Source: Podarcis gaigeae | Taxonomy: Eukaryota | Assembly (NCBI GenBank): GCA_964106915.2 | Contig: OZ066919.1 | Strand: one strand, 5' to 3' | DNA: 64,000 nucleotides | In this document: positions 62,841-64,000 of the stretch, piece by piece | Numbering within the stretch: position 1 is the stretch's first letter | Layout of the letters: each line of letters begins with the position of its first letter | Made by a program: the position numbers and the translations under genes | Notes under the pieces: generated by a model | The model's database searches: none | What the model saw: the letters and a program-made list of their open reading frames with translations, nothing else | Told to the model about the DNA's origin: nothing

Positions 62841-63082
62841 CGGTGGTACCTCGCAAGACGAATGCCTCGTAAGACGAAAAACTCGCAAGACGAAAGAGTT
62901 TTTCGTTTTTTGAGTTGCTTTGCAAGACGAATTTCCCTATGGGCTTGCTTCGCAAGACGAAAACATCTTGCAAGTTTGATTTTCAATGCATTCCTATGGG
63001 AATCCGTGCTTCGCAAGACGAAAAATTCGCAAGACGAAAAAACTCGCAGAACGAATTAATTACGTCTTGCGAGGTACCACTG
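62841..63082. mobile_element. Tc1/mariner-type MITE with internal motif array
   Basis: TA|CGGTGGTACCTCGCAAGACG...CGTCTTGCGAGGTACCACTG|TA; about 8 copies of CGCAAGACGAA. Confidence 0.9.
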
Positions 63083-64000
63083 TATTCTACTTTTTAATAT
63101 ATTGGTGACCCACCATTACAAACTCAAAGGGTTTGTGATACTGGGTAGAACAGAATAATGCAGGTCAGCAATTGTTTTGAAACAATTATGGTTCCTTATT
63201 TGTTCATTCATTGCACTGAGCATCACACATAACTGTGTCTGTCTTCCTGGATTGTGAGTGACTGAGTTCTTGCCCAAGTAAACAAATGTTCCTCAATAAG
63301 CTGACTGATGCTCTTGGCTCCAGATAAAAAGCCCATTTCTTTCTCTGTAGGGTTGTTCTTGCCATGCTTTGCAACAAACGAGTCTTTTAGATTTAAAGTC
63401 AAGTTCTACTGCCAGTTTGTTCTCTGCTACAGTAAAACACTTCAAGAAATAAGAACCATGCAAATATAACTTTGGTTATGGTTGTTGTTGTTTAAAAAAG
63501 GTGTGTGGTACATACATACTAGTTCTGCATTATTGTGCTGACTTGTTTAATATGAAGTCGCTGCTATTTAAAGATTAAACCATTTTTTTAACATCTTCAC
63601 ACACAAATTCAAATAATCTTGGACAGCTGACAGCAAGCTTTTGAATGTTGGCCAAGACTGGAGGCAACCAAGAATGCCTGGAAATAATTAATCGAAATAG
63701 ATGGTACCAACTTCTGAAATGCTATTTTCTGAAAATAGCTATTGCCAGAAAAATGACAGATAGCTAAGCAGCATATATAACAAAAGTAAGCAACCTGTTT
63801 ATATAGGTTTAAAAGAAATTTCATTTGACTGGAATAAGTCTAGTGTTGTGCTTATTTAAACTTAAGAGAAAGTAAGAATTCAGAATTACTAATTCTTCAT
63901 GCCTGTAGCTTCTGACATTATGGCCCCAAGTGCTGGTGAAGGAAATCTGTGAGTTTTAAACGTCCCATGAGCCTGTAATGTTTCACCCAGTTCTTGCCAG

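Noticed and set aside
62841-63082. CRISPR-like array of CGCAAGACGAA repeats
   Set aside because: Eukaryotic locus; repeats are short, irregularly spaced and enclosed by mariner TIRs with TA TSD
7870-64000. Next common DLGAP4 exon (SSCLVAYKKTPPPVPPRTT)
   Set aside because: Not found by eye or in the ORF track; probably lies beyond the window

Overview
Vertebrate genomic DNA, almost certainly a lacertid lizard, judging by its repeats (Sauria SINE, BovB, CR1, L2, squamate-type MITEs). The whole window lies inside DLGAP4 (SAPAP4) on the + strand. Three internal coding exons (2059-2173, 5945-5995, 7623-7869) are followed by a very long phase-1 intron. That intron holds two CpG-island internal promoters (~26.7-27.9 kb, carrying the short-isoform exon MALCLELFKQ, and ~41.7-42.6 kb). 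The next common coding exon (SSCLVAYKK...) was not found in the window. Two LTR-element insertions are the most unusual features. (1) An antisense betaretrovirus-like (class II) provirus remnant at ~8753-12022 has a 5' LTR and a PBS matching elongator tRNA-Met. Its leader is built from ~110-nt repeats carrying pseudo-PBS, splice-donor and hairpin modules. It keeps an intact 521-aa gag with an Ala/Pro capsid insertion, an intact pro with a catalytically dead dUTPase-like domain, and both -1 frameshift signals, but has lost pol, env and the 3' LTR. (2) A 760-bp solo LTR at 18579-19338 (5-bp TSD) has a U3 that is one open frame encoding an acidic, disordered protein ending in a Rev-like Arg-rich motif. 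All family assignments are by recall and eye, not by database search.
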